Assembly (NCBI GenBank): GCA_036679605.1
Contig: JAZDCZ010000182.1
Coordinates: 1-64,000 of the forward strand
Direction of reading: 5' to 3'
From: Gemmatimonadota bacterium
GTDB taxonomy: Bacteria > Gemmatimonadota > Gemmatimonadetes > Gemmatimonadales > GWC2-71-9
DNA length: 64,000 nucleotides
Positions 20,840 through 32,090 of this stretch are shown in pieces. The translations under genes and the position numbers were made by a program. Position 1 is the first letter of the stretch. Each line of letters begins with the position of its first letter. The notes beneath the pieces are model-generated. The model was not told where the DNA came from and made no database searches. It was given only the letters and a program-made list of their open reading frames with translations.

Positions 20840-21286
20840 ATGCCGATGACCCACAGAAGCCAAAAGCTGCACACAGCAAGTTCCCTGTTGCTGGCCTGCC
20901 TCGTTGCGGGCCTCTCCGCATGTAATACCTCGCCGTCGGGGCCGAGTGGCCCCGGCAGACTCGAGGTGAGCCTAGCATCTCCCAACGGCAGCGAGGGCGC
21001 TGCCGTGATCGTATTGAAGGGCTCCGGCCTTTTCGAACTTGGCGGCGTTGCCGGACAGATATTCACCGCGCGAAGCGCAGACTCGCTGGTCGCAGTCGTG
21101 GTGCTCGACGAGCCGGGCGTGATAAAATTCACCGTGCGCGTAGAAGACGTGGCGGTCGTACCATCCGCCAGAGTCGTTGAAGTGGCCGGCGCTGACAATC
21201 AGCTCAGAACTTCACTGGCCGGCTACGAGTTCCAAGTCACCGCCCTGCCGGACGCATCGATGGCAGTCAAGGACGCACAGGAATGA
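20840..21286 (+). CDS. Small lipoprotein, hypothetical
   Basis: Lipobox LSAC; overlaps the start of the M6 protease. Confidence 0.75.
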   Translation: MPMTHRSQKLHTASSLLLACLVAGLSACNTSPSGPSGPGRLEVSLASPNGSEGAAVIVLKGSGLFELGGVAGQIFTARSADSLVAVVVLDEPGVIKFTVRVEDVAVVPSARVVEVAGADNQLRTSLAGYEFQVTALPDASMAVKDAQE

Positions 21287-22869
21287 ACCGGTCCTTTCTC
21301 GTCGCCTGCACCGCCTGTGTGGTCTTGGTGCGGGGTCTGTTTGCCCAAGATATCGAGGCCATGTCGCAGGTAGGTCACCGCAAGCTTCCCGCACAATACT
21401 ACCAACGCATTCAGCAATCGCCGGCCTTCTTTGAGGTTCGTGATGGCTGGATTCGCCGAGCACAGTCTGCGAGAAAGTCGGGATCTGCCATTACCGGAGG
21501 GCTGCCCCTGGCTGTCGTACTGGCACTTTTCTCAGATTCCGACGAGCCGTTCGTCGCGCAGGAAGACGTGCAGCGTGTGCTGTTCGACGGCCCGTCTGCT
21601 AACGGAACCGTGCGTGAGTTCTACTCCGAAATTTCCGGAGGGCGATTCACTATAGACGGGGAAGCCCTTCCATGGGTCCGCACCGGCCTCACCATGGACG
21701 AAGTCGTCGGAGCGTCGTTCGGCTTGGGACAGGGTGCCAGAACCGGTTCGTACCTGATTCAAGCTCTTGTTGCGGCAGACGGTTCCACAGACTTCGGACG
21801 GTTCGACAACGACGGTCCCGACGGAGTCCCCAACAGCGGCGACGACGACGGACTTGTGGACGCCGTCGCGTTCCAATTTCTTGAGGTATCGGCTTCGTGC
21901 GGCGGGCCCGCGATTTGGCCACATCGCTCGCGAATCTCCGGATGGACCGGAAGCCCGTTCATAACCAATGACAGTACTCCGGCCGGAACACCGATAGCGA
22001 TCAACGACTACATCGTTCAGAGCGCCGTGACCTGCGACGGTGCAGAGATCCAGAACGCAGCCACGATCGCGCATGAGCTAGGGCATGTGCTTGGCCTGCC
22101 GGACCTATACGACGCCACCGACGGGATCCAACCGGAGCAGAGACGTTGGGTAGTCGGATGCTGGGGTCTCATGGCCGCGGGTTCGTGGGGTTGCGGTCAG
22201 GTAGATCGATCGCTCTGGCAGCGCCCGACACATATGTCGCCGTGGTCCAAGAGCCAGCTCGGCTGGGTCAACGAGACGGTCGTTGGAGCAGTACAGGACC
22301 AGGAATTCACTTTAGGGCCCGTTCAAACAACTGGCGACATCCTCATGATTCCTCTCACACCGACCGAGTTCTTGCAGGTCGAGTACCGACCGACCATCGC
22401 GTTCGACGTGAATCTACCGGCGTCAGGGGTGTTGGTTTACCACATCGACACCGAACTCCCGCTCCGGCCGTGCTCGAGTTGTGCCAAGGTCTACCAGGTG
22501 GCGTTGGTAGAAGCCGACGCCAATCGCGGCTTGGTGAGGCCGGCACTTCAAGGCGGCAACCGTGGCGAGGCGGGCGACGCGTTCGGAACCCAAGGTCCTT
22601 CCAAACTGTCCAACTCCACCACGCCGTCGACGCGCCTCAATTTCGGCAGTATGTCGTCCGTGACCATCTATAGTATGGCGGTCATTGATGGAGCGGCCCG
22701 GATCCGGCTTTCCACCATCGCGATTGCAACAAGCCGACTATTGGAACGCTTCACGGGAGCTCAGACAGGCAATCCACTCACCGCTGAAGAGATCGAATAC
22801 GTCGACAGGATCGGCAATGGCAACGGCTCATACGATGTGGGCGATCTCAGAGCATACCTGAGGCGGTAG
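21283..22869 (+). CDS. M6 family (immune inhibitor A-like) secreted metalloprotease
   Basis: Signal peptide, FDNDGPDG, IWPH, AHELGHVLGLPDLY, WGLMAAGSW. Confidence 0.88.
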   Translation: MNRSFLVACTACVVLVRGLFAQDIEAMSQVGHRKLPAQYYQRIQQSPAFFEVRDGWIRRAQSARKSGSAITGGLPLAVVLALFSDSDEPFVAQEDVQRVLFDGPSANGTVREFYSEISGGRFTIDGEALPWVRTGLTMDEVVGASFGLGQGARTGSYLIQALVAADGSTDFGRFDNDGPDGVPNSGDDDGLVDAVAFQFLEVSASCGGPAIWPHRSRISGWTGSPFITNDSTPAGTPIAINDYIVQSAVTCDGAEIQNAATIAHELGHVLGLPDLYDATDGIQPEQRRWVVGCWGLMAAGSWGCGQVDRSLWQRPTHMSPWSKSQLGWVNETVVGAVQDQEFTLGPVQTTGDILMIPLTPTEFLQVEYRPTIAFDVNLPASGVLVYHIDTELPLRPCSSCAKVYQVALVEADANRGLVRPALQGGNRGEAGDAFGTQGPSKLSNSTTPSTRLNFGSMSSVTIYSMAVIDGAARIRLSTIAIATSRLLERFTGAQTGNPLTAEEIEYVDRIGNGNGSYDVGDLRAYLRR

Positions 22870-22975
22870 GCTTCCTCCCAAGACCAACGCGGGTAGCGTC
22901 AACTCCTGCCGACCCGCTACCCTACATACCGTTGTTATTCCAGTGAAAACCGAACGTTCAAGGGAGAATACATAG

Positions 22976-24280
22976 ATGCCTCAGGCGCAGGTTGCGGCAC
23001 CGGTCAAGGGTGCCAAAATCACCATAGAAAACGGCAAACTCAAGGTTCCCAATAATCCAATAATCCCTTTCATCGAAGGAGACGGAATAGGACCTGACAT
23101 TTGGCGTGCGAGCGTGCGCGTTATGGACGCGGCTATAGAAAAGTCCTACGGCAACGAACGGCGGATCGAGTGGATGGAGGTCTACGCCGGGGGCAAGGCG
23201 TACGAAATGTTCGAGGATTGGCTCCCCGACGCCACGGTCGAAGCGTTTCGAGACTATCTCGTCGGCATTAAGGGACCGCTCACGACCCCGATCGGCGGAG
23301 GCATGAGATCCCTCAACGTCGCTCTGCGGCAGGCTCTCGATTTGTACGTTTGCATACGTCCCGTTCGTTGGTTCAAGGGCGTACCATCTCCGGTAAAACA
23401 TCCCGAGCAAGTGGACATGGCGATCTTTCGGGAGAATACGGAGGACATCTATACAGGCATCGAGTTTCAGGCAGACACCGAAGAGTGCGCGCGTTTCATG
23501 TCGATGTTCAAGGACGCTTTTCCCGACCAGTATGAAAAGATCCGATTTCCGAATAGTGTGGGTATCGGAATCAAACCTGTGTCGCGGGAGGGAACCGAAC
23601 GATTAGTCAGAGGGGCCATCGAGTACGCGATGGCCAACAACCGGAAGAGCGTGACTCTGGTTCACAAAGGTAACATCATGAAGTTCACCGAGGGCGCCTT
23701 CAGAAATTGGGGCTACGAACTGGCGGACCGCGAGTTTGCAGATAGTGTCTACACTTGGAATAGATGGGAACGTACGAAGAAAGAAAAAGGCGAGGATGAA
23801 GCGAACGCTGAGCAAAAGAGAGAACTCGACTCCGGCAAGATCCTGATCAAGGATGCCATCGCCGATATCACACTGCAGCAGATACTGACTCGGCCGAGCG
23901 AGTTTGACGTCATGGCAACGCTCAACCTGAACGGCGACTATTTGTCAGACGCCCTCGCCGCCCAGATCGGCGGTATCGGCATCGCACCGGGAGGGAACAT
24001 CAACTATGTCACCGGACACGCGCTGTTTGAAGCCACCCATGGAACGGCACCCAAGTACGCGGGCCAAGACAAGGTCAATCCTGGTTCAGTGATCTTGTCG
24101 GGTGAGTTGATGCTGCGCTACATGGGATGGACAGAAGCCGCCGACCGAATCATCCGAGGAATAGAGGGCGCCATAGAAAGCAAGACCGTTACGTACGATT
24201 TTGCACGGCTCATGGAAGGTGCAACGAAGGTTAAGTGCAGTGAGTTCGGAGACGCGGTGATCAAACACATGGACGACTAG
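22976..24280 (+). CDS. icd: NADP-dependent isocitrate dehydrogenase
   Basis: [59 protein letters not shown]. Confidence 0.97.
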   Translation: MPQAQVAAPVKGAKITIENGKLKVPNNPIIPFIEGDGIGPDIWRASVRVMDAAIEKSYGNERRIEWMEVYAGGKAYEMFEDWLPDATVEAFRDYLVGIKGPLTTPIGGGMRSLNVALRQALDLYVCIRPVRWFKGVPSPVKHPEQVDMAIFRENTEDIYTGIEFQADTEECARFMSMFKDAFPDQYEKIRFPNSVGIGIKPVSREGTERLVRGAIEYAMANNRKSVTLVHKGNIMKFTEGAFRNWGYELADREFADSVYTWNRWERTKKEKGEDEANAEQKRELDSGKILIKDAIADITLQQILTRPSEFDVMATLNLNGDYLSDALAAQIGGIGIAPGGNINYVTGHALFEATHGTAPKYAGQDKVNPGSVILSGELMLRYMGWTEAADRIIRGIEGAIESKTVTYDFARLMEGATKVKCSEFGDAVIKHMDD

Positions 24281-27183
24281 TCCGTCCGGGCTACGGTCAA
24301 GCTCATTTCATCTAGAAATCTGCTGCCACCGGTGCCACGACCGGACCGCTGATCGACGCGCGTGAGCACGAGTCGGTCCTCCGCCCGTGTCATCCCCACG
24401 TAAAGCAAGCGCCGGGCTTCTTCGATCTCCTTGATTCGGTTGTCAACGGTTGGATAGTAGCCCGGCAATTGATGGTCCTCGACTCCAACTATGTATACGC
24501 GCGAGAACTCGAGACCTTTCGTAGAATGAAGTGTAAGGAGATTGACTCGATGCCTGTCGACATCGGCACCTGCTGAAGTCGACAGGGCAACACGTTCCAG
24601 AAAGCCCCCTAAACTGCCATCCAACGAACCAGTGTCGCTGACCTCCATTAAGGAATCGAGTCGAGCAACTGCGCGAGGATAACGCTCCGCCGCAGATCGC
24701 TCCGCCCTGATCCGATCCATCACATCGCGACCGCCCAACCTATCTATCACTTCCTCTAGAGAGGGTTTCCCCACCATGCCCAACCTCTCACACTCGGACC
24801 CATAAAATTCCAGACACTCACTGTAGCGCCCCAACGAAAAAGGTCGTGACAGTTCTTGCAACAGTTCATGTTCGTCGGTTCGGTCGGTCGTCGTATCTAG
24901 AGCCAAGCCAAGTCCCAAGTAGTCCAACAGGTTGACCATGGCAGATTTTCTTGCCCTGATCTTCTTCTGCTTGTTCAGCTCGGCGAAAACCCTCGCAAGA
25001 GTCTCTGCATCGTCCCTTGCATGGTGTGCGTGGCCCTTGTCGATGCCAAAATTCTCAGCGAGATGCTCTAGGCTGGCGCTCCGGCGAAACAGCGAACGCG
25101 CGAGCGGGAGAGTATCGAAGAACACCAAATCGTCTACACCGCTTAGCCCGCCTGCCGACCGACGGAGCACTGGCACGTCAAAGTTATGTCCATTGTGCGC
25201 CAGTAAAATGTCCGTCCCGACAAACTTCCTGAACTCGGGCCACACATCTCCGAAAGCAGGTGCATCCTTCAAGTCTTCGTCGGAATAACCATGGACCTCT
25301 CTGGCACCGGCCGCGATCGGCTGATCGCTCCTAACCAGCGATTCGAACTCGGCCACAATCTCTCCGTCATGAACCCTGACGGCGCCGATCTCGATTATCT
25401 CGCACGTCGCGGGATCTTTGTCTGTGGTCTCTAGGTCGAATGCCACGTAGTCCTGGAAGACGTCGCCGAATTCACGGCTGTGGACGACCTGTAAGGCCTT
25501 GAATACCAGAAGGGGTAGGCCCAGCGCTCCGCCGCTGAGCGCGGTGAGTTTGAGGTCCGCCCCACGAGGCTCAACGGAGCTATCGGAGCCCAGAGTGGCG
25601 AACCCGGCCGCCATCAACATCCCACGTACGGCGATCTCAACTCCACCTTGCTGCTCTATCAGCACTCGGCCCGATCCGGCCGCCGTACCAGTAAGACGCT
25701 CTGCCAATTCCATAACGGCCGGGCAGGTCGCCGGATCGCTGAGGTCCGCGTGGTGATCCTCCAGAATGTTGCGGTACTTGCCGACTCTCTGCGCCAAGAG
25801 TTCCTCTACCAAACCGGACAGCGTAGTGTGTGACTGAGCAAGTGCCGCGAGATTCTCGACGTGATAGATGAACCGCCAAGCCTTCTTCGTGTCCGGGTCA
25901 TCACGCGGACCGCGCCGCGCAAACCGCCGTAGAGCCACAAAAAACTCGTTGTCGTTTCGGGACGCCTCGGCACGCACACGCTCAAGCAATTGCTCCGGCA
26001 GAACGCGCGCCGCGCAAGCCTCGATATTGGCCGGATCATCAGGCGAGGCTATCAACCGCAGCGACGCCACCACGTATGCAATCACAGGATCGTCCTGTAG
26101 GGCGCGCCCGCGTGCCATACGACATGGGATACCATTCCGCACGAGCGCCTTTTCCAGATCATCGCCCACTTTGTGTTGCCTATAGAGAAGGGCGTATTGC
26201 CCCCAACTCGTGCCTGTTGTTTTCCTATCCTGTGTCAGATCACTGAGAATCCACTCGATCTCCCGTTCTTCATCGTCAAAACCAAAGGCCGCAACCTCAT
26301 GCTCCGACTCGCGGTCGGCGACAGGGTTCTTGTCGAACAAAGTTTGATTGTTCGAAAGCAGCCGTCGAGCCGCTTCGAATATTTGCCGCGAACAGCGCAT
26401 ATTCCTCTCCAACAGCACCTCCTGAGGATCGTAGTCTCGAGAAAAGCGTTTCAAGATCATTGGATCGGCGCCGGTCCAAGAGAATATGGACTGCTCATCG
26501 TCGCCCACTGCGAAGAAATTTGAATGCCGTATCACGAGCCGCTTGAGTATCGAGTACTGTGCCTCGTTTAGATCCTGGAACTCATCGACCAACAGGTAAT
26601 CCCATCGCCCGGCAACCTCATCCACAATATCGGGATGCCGTTCAAACAAATCGGCAGTACTGGAGATCAGATCGTCGAAGTCCAGCATGTTCTGGTTCCG
26701 TAGGTACGCCAAGTATTTCTGAAACAGAATCTCGTCGTGCTTGCCAAGCTTTTCGCGTTGGAGTCGCTTGATGGCAAACGAACGTAGCACCTGAGTCCAG
26801 CGCTTGCGGTAAACGTTCAGCCTTCTCAGTACGGTGTGCTGGTATCCTTCATCGGCGATACCGAATCCCCGTGGCAATCCAAGAGCACTACCGTGCTCTC
26901 GCAGAATAGCGACACAGATAGAATGCAGAGTTCCCCGCGTTACGTCCTGTCCGGTCTGATCCAGAGTGTTCGATAGCCTTACCGCAATTTCCTCTGCCGC
27001 CCTGTTTGTAAACGTCACCGCCAGGACGCGCTCGGGACTCATACCCATGTGGGTTATCAGATAGTTTACCCGTTCGATCAGGCAGAAGGTCTTGCCCGCA
27101 CCGGGCCCGGCAACAACGAGTACCGGACCTAACGGTGCCTCGATGGCCTCGAGCTGGCGCGGAGATGGGGTGAGTGGGGGCAC
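24277..27183 (-). CDS. UvrD/PcrA-like SF1 helicase with internal DEDDh 3'-5' exonuclease domain
   Basis: [40 protein letters not shown]; inserted AFDLETT...AHNGHNFD...HHARDDA. Confidence 0.92.
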   Translation of the reverse strand: MPPLTPSPRQLEAIEAPLGPVLVVAGPGAGKTFCLIERVNYLITHMGMSPERVLAVTFTNRAAEEIAVRLSNTLDQTGQDVTRGTLHSICVAILREHGSALGLPRGFGIADEGYQHTVLRRLNVYRKRWTQVLRSFAIKRLQREKLGKHDEILFQKYLAYLRNQNMLDFDDLISSTADLFERHPDIVDEVAGRWDYLLVDEFQDLNEAQYSILKRLVIRHSNFFAVGDDEQSIFSWTGADPMILKRFSRDYDPQEVLLERNMRCSRQIFEAARRLLSNNQTLFDKNPVADRESEHEVAAFGFDDEEREIEWILSDLTQDRKTTGTSWGQYALLYRQHKVGDDLEKALVRNGIPCRMARGRALQDDPVIAYVVASLRLIASPDDPANIEACAARVLPEQLLERVRAEASRNDNEFFVALRRFARRGPRDDPDTKKAWRFIYHVENLAALAQSHTTLSGLVEELLAQRVGKYRNILEDHHADLSDPATCPAVMELAERLTGTAAGSGRVLIEQQGGVEIAVRGMLMAAGFATLGSDSSVEPRGADLKLTALSGGALGLPLLVFKALQVVHSREFGDVFQDYVAFDLETTDKDPATCEIIEIGAVRVHDGEIVAEFESLVRSDQPIAAGAREVHGYSDEDLKDAPAFGDVWPEFRKFVGTDILLAHNGHNFDVPVLRRSAGGLSGVDDLVFFDTLPLARSLFRRSASLEHLAENFGIDKGHAHHARDDAETLARVFAELNKQKKIRARKSAMVNLLDYLGLGLALDTTTDRTDEHELLQELSRPFSLGRYSECLEFYGSECERLGMVGKPSLEEVIDRLGGRDVMDRIRAERSAAERYPRAVARLDSLMEVSDTGSLDGSLGGFLERVALSTSAGADVDRHRVNLLTLHSTKGLEFSRVYIVGVEDHQLPGYYPTVDNRIKEIEEARRLLYVGMTRAEDRLVLTRVDQRSGRGTGGSRFLDEMSLTVARTD

Positions 27184-27271
27184 GGAGCAAAGATAACAGT
27201 ACTATCTCTTGAGCAGGTCCTCCACCAAATAGACTTCACCATTCTTTATGACTACCAGGACGTCGCGTGCA

Positions 27272-27324
27272 GGTCAGTTAATCTGACCCCACGTGCTTGA
27301 CAGTGGCAACGGTCCCGCTACGGT
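27272..27324 (+). promoter_or_regulatory. sigma70-like promoter with upstream inverted repeat
   Basis: TTGACA(27297)-N16-TACGGT, preceded by GGTCAG-N5-CTGACC. Confidence 0.5.
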
Positions 27325-27395
27325 TGCGATCACCCAGGGAACCCGCTATCTCACTATCGACTTCTCCCTGGGCGGGAGCGCCCAATCCATAGACT

Positions 27396-28313
27396 ATGAA
27401 CCTAGTAGTACTCGCAGCCGGATCCTCTAGCCGTTACGGAAGGCCAAAGCAATTGGAGCCCGTCGGCCCGTCTGGTGAGTTACTCCTCGAATACGGCATT
27501 TACGACGCCGTTAGATCGGGTTTCTCGCAAATCGTTGTCGTTACCCGCCCAGAATTCGAATCGCAATTGCGAGAGCATATCGATGCGCGGTTCGCTGGCA
27601 AGCTGCCGATTACCTACGTCTCTCAGACATTAGAGACGCTTCCTGCCGGATTTTCGATTCCAGCCGGTCGCCGGAAACCTTGGGGCACCGCGCACGCCAT
27701 TCTCATGGCGAGGAGCGCCGTCGACGGACCGTTCGCCGTCAGCAACGCGGACGACTACTATGGTCCACGCGGATTCCAGGCACTCTACGACTTTCTTGGA
27801 TCGGCAGGCGATGCATCGGCTCAAGCGCTGGTAGGTTACAGACTACGTGACACACTGTCTCCAGTCGGCGGCGTATCACGCGGTATTTGCAAGCGTGACG
27901 AGTTCGGTTTCGTGCGGCATCTGTCAGAAGTAACAGAGATACACCCAAGCGGGAATACAATTACTGGGGTCTCGGCCGACGATCAACAGATTACGTTGAG
28001 TGGCGACGAGTTGGTTTCGATGAACCTCTGGGGTTTCAGCTCGGCTATTTTCTCAGTATTGAACGAGCGCTTTGCACATTTTCTGACAAGCTGCGGCACA
28101 CGACCAGACGCCGAATTCCTGATCGGCACCGCTTTGAACGATAGCCTCGCCAGTCAGAGCATCACGCTGTGCAGTTTGGTGGCAAACGACCGATGGTTCG
28201 GTATGACGTATCCGGCAGACAGACAGGAAGCCGTCACCCGAATAGCAGAACTCGTCAAAGCAGGATTGTACCCCGCGAATCTGGCAGATGGAGTGTCTAG
28301 TTTATGCAACTGA
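27396..28313 (+). CDS. Sugar-phosphate nucleotidyltransferase
   Basis: LVVLAAGSSSRYGRPKQL, KPWGTAHA, NADDYYG, SMNLWGF. Confidence 0.9.
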   Translation: MNLVVLAAGSSSRYGRPKQLEPVGPSGELLLEYGIYDAVRSGFSQIVVVTRPEFESQLREHIDARFAGKLPITYVSQTLETLPAGFSIPAGRRKPWGTAHAILMARSAVDGPFAVSNADDYYGPRGFQALYDFLGSAGDASAQALVGYRLRDTLSPVGGVSRGICKRDEFGFVRHLSEVTEIHPSGNTITGVSADDQQITLSGDELVSMNLWGFSSAIFSVLNERFAHFLTSCGTRPDAEFLIGTALNDSLASQSITLCSLVANDRWFGMTYPADRQEAVTRIAELVKAGLYPANLADGVSSLCN

Positions 28314-30100
28314 CTGCAGGTGACTGGACAGTAGTTGCACTCTACGGAGTGCTAGTGGTAGCAATTGGTGTCGCATTCGCCAGGCGAGCGGGCCATAGCC
28401 TAAGGGAATATTTCCTCTCGGGAAACAAACTCCCCTGGTGGTTGCTCGGCACATCGATGGTCGCTACAACATTCTCGACCGACACTCCAAATCTCGTCAC
28501 CGACTTCGTTCGCACCGGTGGTGTGAGCAAAAACTGGATGTGGTGGGCATTCCTGATCACAGGAATGTGCACGGTTTTTTTCTATGCCAGACTATGGCGC
28601 CGCTCGGGCGTTCTAACAGATATCGGATTCTACGAACTGCGCTACTCCGGCAAGCCCGCCGCGTTCCTCCGAGGATTCCGCGCATTGTATTTGGGAGTGT
28701 TTTTCAATGTGATGATCATGGCCACTGTAACATTGGCGGCCATAAAAATTGCCGGCGTGCTATTGGGGTTAGACCCGTTGACCACCGTGCTCATCGCCGG
28801 CTCTGCAACGGTAATCTATTCGGCAACATCGGGACTGTGGGGGGTAGTCGTCACTGACTTACTGCTGTTCGCGATCTCGATGATCGGATCGTTTGCCGCT
28901 GCATACTACGCGCTGCAGCAGCCTGCGGTGGGAGGCCTAGCGAAGCTGGTGTCGCACCCTGCTCTCGCCGACAAATTGTCGTTCTTCCCCGACTTCAGCG
29001 ATTGGCGAACCGCGTCGGCGATTTTCATCATACCGATCGCCGTTCAGTGGTGGAGCACGTGGTATCCCGGCTCAGAACCGGGCGGCGGCGGATACATCGC
29101 GCAACGAATGCTCGCCGCTCGGAACGAGAACGAATCGATGTTGTCCACCCTTTGGTTCAACATCGCCCACTACGCGCTGAGACCATGGCCGTGGATAATA
29201 GTGGCGCTCTGTTCGCTATTGGTATACCCAGATGCGGCTTCGATCATGGTGCAGTTTCCCAATCTCGATCCTGCGACACTGCAACAGTGCGGTGCCACAG
29301 GGACTGAACTGTGCCACGACCTTGCCTACCCCGCAATGTTGGTATTCCTGCCACACGGGATGCTTGGGCTCGTAGTCGCCTCACTAGCTGCCGCATACAT
29401 GTCCACCATAAGCACCCATCTGAACTGGGGCGCCTCCTACATGGTCAACGACTTCTACCGGCGGTTCGTCTCGAGCGAGCGCGACGAGCGTCACTACATT
29501 TTGATCGGTCGAGCATCAACCGTCATACTGATAGTCCTCGCTTCGATTGTAGCGCTCTGGCTCCAGAACGCGATGCAGGCGTTCCAGATCTTGTTACAGA
29601 TCGGCGCTGGCACAGGACTCGTCTTCTTGCTTCGGTGGTTTTGGTGGCGAATCAACTCGTGGAGTGAGATTTCGGCAATGATTATTTCGTTTGTGGTCGC
29701 ACTATACTTTCAGTTCGTGCACGCACGGTTGGGACTGTCACCACTGGATCCATCGATCATGCTGGTTATTGGCGTTGGCATCACGACCGTCGGATGGCTG
29801 ACGGTAACGATGCTGACGCGACCGAGCGACAAGGAAACACTGCAGACGTTCTACAACAAGATCAGACCGATCGGCCGCGGCTGGGCCCGCGTCGTGAGTG
29901 TGGTGCCCGACGACAGCGACAGCACACTCTCGGCATCTCTGCTCAGTTGGTTCCTCGGATGCGCGGTCGTCTACAGCGCGTTGTTCGGAACCGGTTACCT
30001 CTTGTACGGCAATAATCTGATTGGCAGCATTTGTTTGAGCCTGGCAATCGCTGCAGGAATCGGCCTGTTTCGAGTCTTTCCCCGGGGATCCGTGCGCTAG
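28304..30100 (+). CDS. Sodium:solute symporter family protein
   Basis: Many TM helices; EYFLSG, SMVATTFS, GGGGYIAQRMLAA, AAYMSTISTHLNWG. Confidence 0.92.
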   Translation: MQLTAGDWTVVALYGVLVVAIGVAFARRAGHSLREYFLSGNKLPWWLLGTSMVATTFSTDTPNLVTDFVRTGGVSKNWMWWAFLITGMCTVFFYARLWRRSGVLTDIGFYELRYSGKPAAFLRGFRALYLGVFFNVMIMATVTLAAIKIAGVLLGLDPLTTVLIAGSATVIYSATSGLWGVVVTDLLLFAISMIGSFAAAYYALQQPAVGGLAKLVSHPALADKLSFFPDFSDWRTASAIFIIPIAVQWWSTWYPGSEPGGGGYIAQRMLAARNENESMLSTLWFNIAHYALRPWPWIIVALCSLLVYPDAASIMVQFPNLDPATLQQCGATGTELCHDLAYPAMLVFLPHGMLGLVVASLAAAYMSTISTHLNWGASYMVNDFYRRFVSSERDERHYILIGRASTVILIVLASIVALWLQNAMQAFQILLQIGAGTGLVFLLRWFWWRINSWSEISAMIISFVVALYFQFVHARLGLSPLDPSIMLVIGVGITTVGWLTVTMLTRPSDKETLQTFYNKIRPIGRGWARVVSVVPDDSDSTLSASLLSWFLGCAVVYSALFGTGYLLYGNNLIGSICLSLAIAAGIGLFRVFPRGSVR

Positions 30101-30177
30101 TCATCGCGTAATTCTCAATACTTGATGTCGTCGCGGCCGCGCCTCGAGACTCAAACACAGTACGATATCACGCTGGA

Positions 30178-31380
30178 TCAGGACAGTGACCGCACCGATG
30201 CACTCGTCGACGGTTTCGCCACGAAAAGGTGATGACTCAACTCGCCATCGAAACGGCGGTGCACGTAGAATTTACTCTCGAGTGCCTCCAACACGTCGTC
30301 CAGAGACGTGCTAGGGCAAAGCGCAACGACACAACCGCCGAATCCTGCACCAGTTAACCTCGCACCGACAGCACCAGATGACATCGCAATGTGGACTAGA
30401 TCGTTCAACTCGGAACAGCTGACCTCGAAGTCATCGCGCAAACTGTCGTGCGACTGTGTCATCAGCCTACCGAACTGTGTCATGTCGGCGGCACGCATCG
30501 CCTCTTCGGCAGCTAGAACGCGACCGCGTTCGGTAACCACATGTCTAAATCTCTTGAATAGAACATCAGACATCACTCGCTCGGCGCGTCGCAGAAGATT
30601 CGTCTCGGATTCAGTCGCCAGTAGCTCCGCATACGAACTCATGGCCTTAGGCGGCTCGAGACTCCGCACCGTATCGCTAAGCGCCTGTTGGCACTGCCGA
30701 GTTCTCTCGTTGTATGCGTCCCGGTTGTCCGCAGACTTCTTGGCGGAGATGAGACTCGATGCTATCACGAAGCGCCACTGAGGTGGTATGGGTATGTGCG
30801 CGAGGCCGAGCGGATCGAAGTCTATTCTACATGCGGTCGCACTTCGCGCTCCCAAACATACGGCTTGATCCATCCCACCACCCCTGAGGCCCACGTATCG
30901 TTCCGCACTCGCCATCAAGTCGGCCAATTCAAGCGGCACTACTGCAATTTCATTCACAGTCAGAATGGCCAAAGCAACACCGACCACTAGAGCCGATGAG
31001 GAACTGAGACCGGCTTCAATTGGAAGATTCGTTTCCACCACCACATCTACGCCCTTTAGCGGCCCGAATCTCTCCAGCAGTCCTTCAGCCGCTGCCTTCA
31101 CGTAGTTGCCCCAGTCTCCCTCGGCAAACGGTTGAATCGGAGCCTTCAGCGCGAAAGACCGCAGGCCAAAATTGCCGTCACGGTTCGCTATCTGCACCAG
31201 GTTGTCGTCTCTTCCCCGCAGGGTTAGCAAAATGTTGCGCTGGAGTGCCATCGGAAGGACTGAAAGGCCGACGTAGTCAATGTGTTCGCCTATGAGATTG
31301 ACTCTGCCAGGCGCGGTCACGAGATGCGTCGGACCAGGTTCACCGAAGTGCTCTGCAAAAAATGTGTTAGGCTGTGACAC
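30178..31380 (-). CDS. galK: Galactokinase (GHMP family)
   Basis: APGRVNLIGEHIDY, AGLSSSSA, GGMDQ, GARLTGAGFGGC. Confidence 0.9.
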   Translation of the reverse strand: MSQPNTFFAEHFGEPGPTHLVTAPGRVNLIGEHIDYVGLSVLPMALQRNILLTLRGRDDNLVQIANRDGNFGLRSFALKAPIQPFAEGDWGNYVKAAAEGLLERFGPLKGVDVVVETNLPIEAGLSSSSALVVGVALAILTVNEIAVVPLELADLMASAERYVGLRGGGMDQAVCLGARSATACRIDFDPLGLAHIPIPPQWRFVIASSLISAKKSADNRDAYNERTRQCQQALSDTVRSLEPPKAMSSYAELLATESETNLLRRAERVMSDVLFKRFRHVVTERGRVLAAEEAMRAADMTQFGRLMTQSHDSLRDDFEVSCSELNDLVHIAMSSGAVGARLTGAGFGGCVVALCPSTSLDDVLEALESKFYVHRRFDGELSHHLFVAKPSTSASVRSLS

Positions 31381-31665
31381 TACCGCTCTCTCAAAGGGGC
31401 CACCTTTGCCGTTCGAGACCCAAGTTCACTGGCGCAAAGCTACGGTGACTGGCCGCAGGCGGGAAGCGGGTACCTAGTAGAACTCTGACAATTCCCTAAC
31501 AATTGTGTCGCAACATACGCTCGGTTTTAACCGTGTGCGAGGAAGATTCAACCGGTAGCACTGGAGTGGCTGCACAACCTTCGCTGAGGCGTAGCGCCTT
31601 AAGCTAACATCCATCCGATAAACGACTTACAGTCAGCTGAAACAAACCGGCGGTCAATGGCGTAA

Positions 31666-31699
31666 TAGTCTCCTATAGAATACATTCTCTGTGAGACTA
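31666..31699. promoter_or_regulatory. Long imperfect palindrome upstream of the PadR gene (putative operator)
   Basis: TAGTCTC-CTAT-AGAAT-AC-ATTCT-CTGT-GAGACTA. Confidence 0.55.
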
Positions 31700-31718
31700 A
31701 CTCACAAAGCGGAGAATT

Positions 31719-32084
31719 ATGTCATTACCTAACCGAGCGGTCACCCAGCATCTCCCCCTCACATCCGTCGAGTTCGAAATCATGCTGGCCCTGGCCGACA
31801 ACAAGCGCCACGGTTACGCGGTCATGCAGGAGGTCGAAAGACGAACTGGCGGGACGGTCACTCTACGCCCCGGTTCGATGTACCGAGCCATCAATCGGAT
31901 GCTCGAAACTGGTTTCCTCGAGGAAACGGCCGAACGGCCTGACGAGAAGATCGACGATCACCGCCGGCGTTACTACCGGCTGACAACGTTCGGTCGGCGT
32001 GTGGCGTCCGCGGAGGCCGAACGCCTCGCGAGTGCAGTGAACTCTGCCACGGCCAAGAATCTACTCCACCGCAAACCCGCCTGA
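31719..32084 (+). CDS. PadR family transcriptional regulator
   Basis: RHGYAVMQEV, PGSMYRAI, RRRYYRLT.FG. Confidence 0.92.
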   Translation: MSLPNRAVTQHLPLTSVEFEIMLALADNKRHGYAVMQEVERRTGGTVTLRPGSMYRAINRMLETGFLEETAERPDEKIDDHRRRYYRLTTFGRRVASAEAERLASAVNSATAKNLLHRKPA

Positions 32085-32090
32085 TACTTC

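Noticed and set aside
31430..31450. GGCGCAAAGCTAC resembling a c-di-GMP-I riboswitch core
   Set aside because: Upstream GGCAAAC stem is absent; better explained as a minus-strand TAGCTT -10 element for galK.
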